From: Styela clava
Lineage: Eukaryota
Length of the DNA: 64,000 nt
Direction: 5' to 3'
Assembly (NCBI RefSeq): GCF_964204865.1
Contig: NC_135263.1
Location: forward strand, 10,292,001-10,356,000
In this document: in pieces, positions 61,301 through 64,000 of the stretch
Layout: each line of letters begins with the position of its first letter
How positions within the stretch are numbered: position 1 is the first letter of the stretch
Translations under genes and position numbers: made by a program
The notes under the pieces: generated by a model
Seen by the model: only the letters and a program-made list of their open reading frames with translations
The model's database searches: none
What the model was told of the DNA's origin: nothing

Positions 61301-64000
61301 GATAGTTTAACCGTGAAACTTCGTTGAGCAAACATCAGTCTAAGGTACGAGGCATAGGATACCTGGATAGGTTTATAATTCCTTATTCACGCAATAGAGA
61401 TGAAAACGTATGAGTCGATTCAGTCATTTGAAGCCATGCTTACAATGTAATACACTGTTAGAAATATTCGGTGACTTCGACTAAAGTTCACAAGCAAATG
61501 AATAGTGAGCATAAATTTACGATAGTAATACATGTGTATATAAATATATAGCGTATGAGGCGAAATTTGAATTTTCAACCTTTGGATTAAAATGGTAAAA
61601 GCTGTCAAATTACTGGGAATTTGATGTTACATAAGTGTGTTAAAACGGTAAGAGCGTTCATTGGCACATTTTAAAAAATTAGTGTGAATTTAATTACGGG
61701 TGGTAACCGTCTATATTACTAGAATCAAAGTGAGAATTTTTGAATTGGAGAAAACTGAGATGGATTTCAGATAGACATTTTCGAGCATGAAACAAAAATA
61801 GACAATGATTAGTTCATAACCGGCCATAGATAAAGAGGAATTATTGTTAGCTAAAATTTCCACCAGACCTATCTGATGAAAAAAGTCATTAGTAAATAGG
61901 ATACAGGGATCAGGCCGAGATTGTGAAAATATTAATTCATCTAATTTATGTTATAACTAAAACACTATTGCACGTCGAACCACAGCCACCGGAAATGACA
62001 TTCTGACAATAATGCCGCATCACGGAACTTCCGGATTTAACTCGAGCGCGTTCGATTTTAATATCGAGTAATGCTTCCTACTTTTAGCATAAGCCGGCAG
62101 GTTTTGTTGCTGTTTAGTACTATTTTAGTTTTAAACATGGATCGTAGGTGAATAGTACAATAAAGATATTTTTTATGTTCGGCCGATGCATGGTAAGGAA
62201 TATTTTGATCAGGAAATCGACACCCACTTTTTGATGTTGAAGAGCCAATGAGTATCTTCACAATTGCATTGTTTTTGTATTACAGTAGTGAATGCATTTA
62301 GTGCTGCTAGAATTGCCAAAGAGTAGATAGGCTCGCTCTAAATCCTTGTACTGCATAGTTAGACTCGTTAAGGTTTTCAGTTAAGAGTGACATACAGGGA
62401 ATTCCAAAATGAATGAAACGCATTAATTCGATTACCAATTCTGTGGGTTCATTTATTTTGAGACACCCAATATTATACCGTGTAGAATCAGAACTTAAAT
62501 TTGGAAATATTTGTGGCAAGTATGCAATTCTATTTATTGTGCTGGAGTTACGGATCGGGCGCGCTCGTGTTTAATTAGGTTACTGCCGTTATTTCTTATT
62601 TTAGACTTTAACTCCAGGACTTGTAGCAATACTGTAATATTTGTAATGCTTCCCGAACGCGGTATCGCCTTGTTTATCCTTTATATTGGGCTATTCTCAG
62701 TTATCGATATTTGATGCGAATTTGTATTGGCTTCAAATTGAATTACCGGTAACGTAGAATTCAAGTTAATTCAATCAAGGTTTACTACAGCTTTTATTTT
62801 CGTGGATTAAAAATTAGAAGATAATAGGTTTTGTCGAAACTGTAATACAGCGGTCATTCTAAATCTTATTAGGTATGTATGTCATTATATCACTTGTTCA
62901 GAGAGATCGAAGCATGTTGATTCTGTAATATATGACATTTAATGCTTACATTTTTGTTTATTATTGTTTTTAATTATTAAAATAAAAAAAGACGTGTAGA
63001 GTAGTTTACCTATACCATTTTGTAATTCTTTTCGCAAGAAACAAAGTCAAAATACATGGGCGACAGAAAAATCACACTTATATGTATGACTCATCTTTCT
63101 TCCATGCTTGTGGCCACAAGAATAACGAAACAAATAGTTGCAATTTCACGTGAATATACATAAGTGGGAAGAGGATGTCAACCTCGTGTAGGGAAGGAAG
63201 GAACCGCGCATTTTAATACAGAATGTATGGTACGGTATAGAATATTCACGCGTATGGCTGCGTTAAGGTGCTAAGTAGTTTATATGTATATTATATAAGG
63301 ACGAAACTGCGTGATTTGACTTTTGTAGTAGACCATATTGAATTATAATTGGTCATTTGCTGACCTTAGAATTTTTTACTATTAGAGGCTTTTGTCAGTG
63401 GCGTCTCTGAAAAACTATGGCATGTGGCAATCACAAAGTTTTGTCATTTGTAAATCGCGACCAAAATATGTGCCAAATCAATTATTTGTTTTTATATATA
63501 TATATATGTGTGTGCGTATTGTGCTATCCCAGAATTGTAAGATTATCCAGCCTTTTAGTTTTTTCCGGCATCTGTCTAAAAATTAATCTGGTCTTAAATC
63601 GAGATTAATTCGAGACAACCATGTTAGACGTTATTACAATTATCTTTCCACTTTCCAGCAAATGAGTCAACGTAAGTGACGTTTTCTTGAAAATTTTGCG
63701 TGAATGCGTCGAGACGCAATAAAAGTCTAGAATCAACAATCTGATTTTTACTTGATAGGCAGGCAGTTGATTAAAGAAAATTAATAAAAAAAAATCACAT
63801 GTAAACTGATTAGAATTTATTTTGTAATGAGCAGTAATAGCAAAGATCTAAGCGCACATACTTGGGGGAGACCGATCAGAGTCTAAAACGAAAACACAAT
63901 CACGAATCGGAAGATTATGTACTAGAAAGTAGGAGTAGGGATGGTTATCTAGTTAAAGTATTTGTTCGTGGCCCAAGATAGCCGTTCTGTAGCATTTTAG

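Noticed and set aside
52940-62810. OTX/CRX sites (TAATCC/GGATTA) indicating photoreceptor regulation
   Set aside because: Only scattered single hexamers, as expected by chance in AT-rich DNA.
1-64000. The many 60-150 aa ORFs in the six-frame track as standalone genes
   Set aside because: The DNA is eukaryotic and intron-containing. Most ORFs start at TTG/GTG, have no recognisable domain, or merely overlap true exons in or out of frame.
58382-64000. Further SAMD11 exons or another gene in the last 5.6 kb
   Set aside because: No convincing acceptor-ORF-donor unit or SAM-like peptide was found by eye, so it is treated as a long intron. A short exon could have been missed.

Overview
Eukaryotic, AT-rich, intron-containing animal DNA. 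Gene content (short-collagen ficolin, SAND-containing SAMD11 orthologue), short introns and dense MITEs suggest an invertebrate chordate such as an ascidian; this is an inference. Most ORFs in the six-frame track are spurious or exon fragments, so genes were rebuilt by hand from GT-AG junctions and reading phase. From left to right: (1) A minus-strand ficolin-like locus (3404-6301) with a collagen stalk, three tandem exon-encoded copies of the fibrinogen-domain N-terminal subdomain, no central FReD exon(s) and no in-frame ATG. (2) Three paralogous 3-exon PMP22/EMP/claudin-superfamily tetraspan genes of about 160 aa that lack the classical GLW-C-C signature. (3) A tandemly duplicated BRI3 (DUF2367) cluster with two intact polyQ/PPxY genes and two orphan terminal-exon relics. 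(4) A miniature, internally deleted Ty3/Gypsy LTR element. (5) About 12 kb of gene-free DNA with CpG-rich patches, followed by the first seven coding exons of a SAMD11/SAMD7-like gene, which continues past the window. Interspersed repeats include hAT MITEs (one with a transposase relic), a Merlin-like palindromic MITE family, a Helentron/HINE-like family and a perfect 69-bp inverted duplication. No prokaryotic systems, CRISPR arrays or RNA genes were found.
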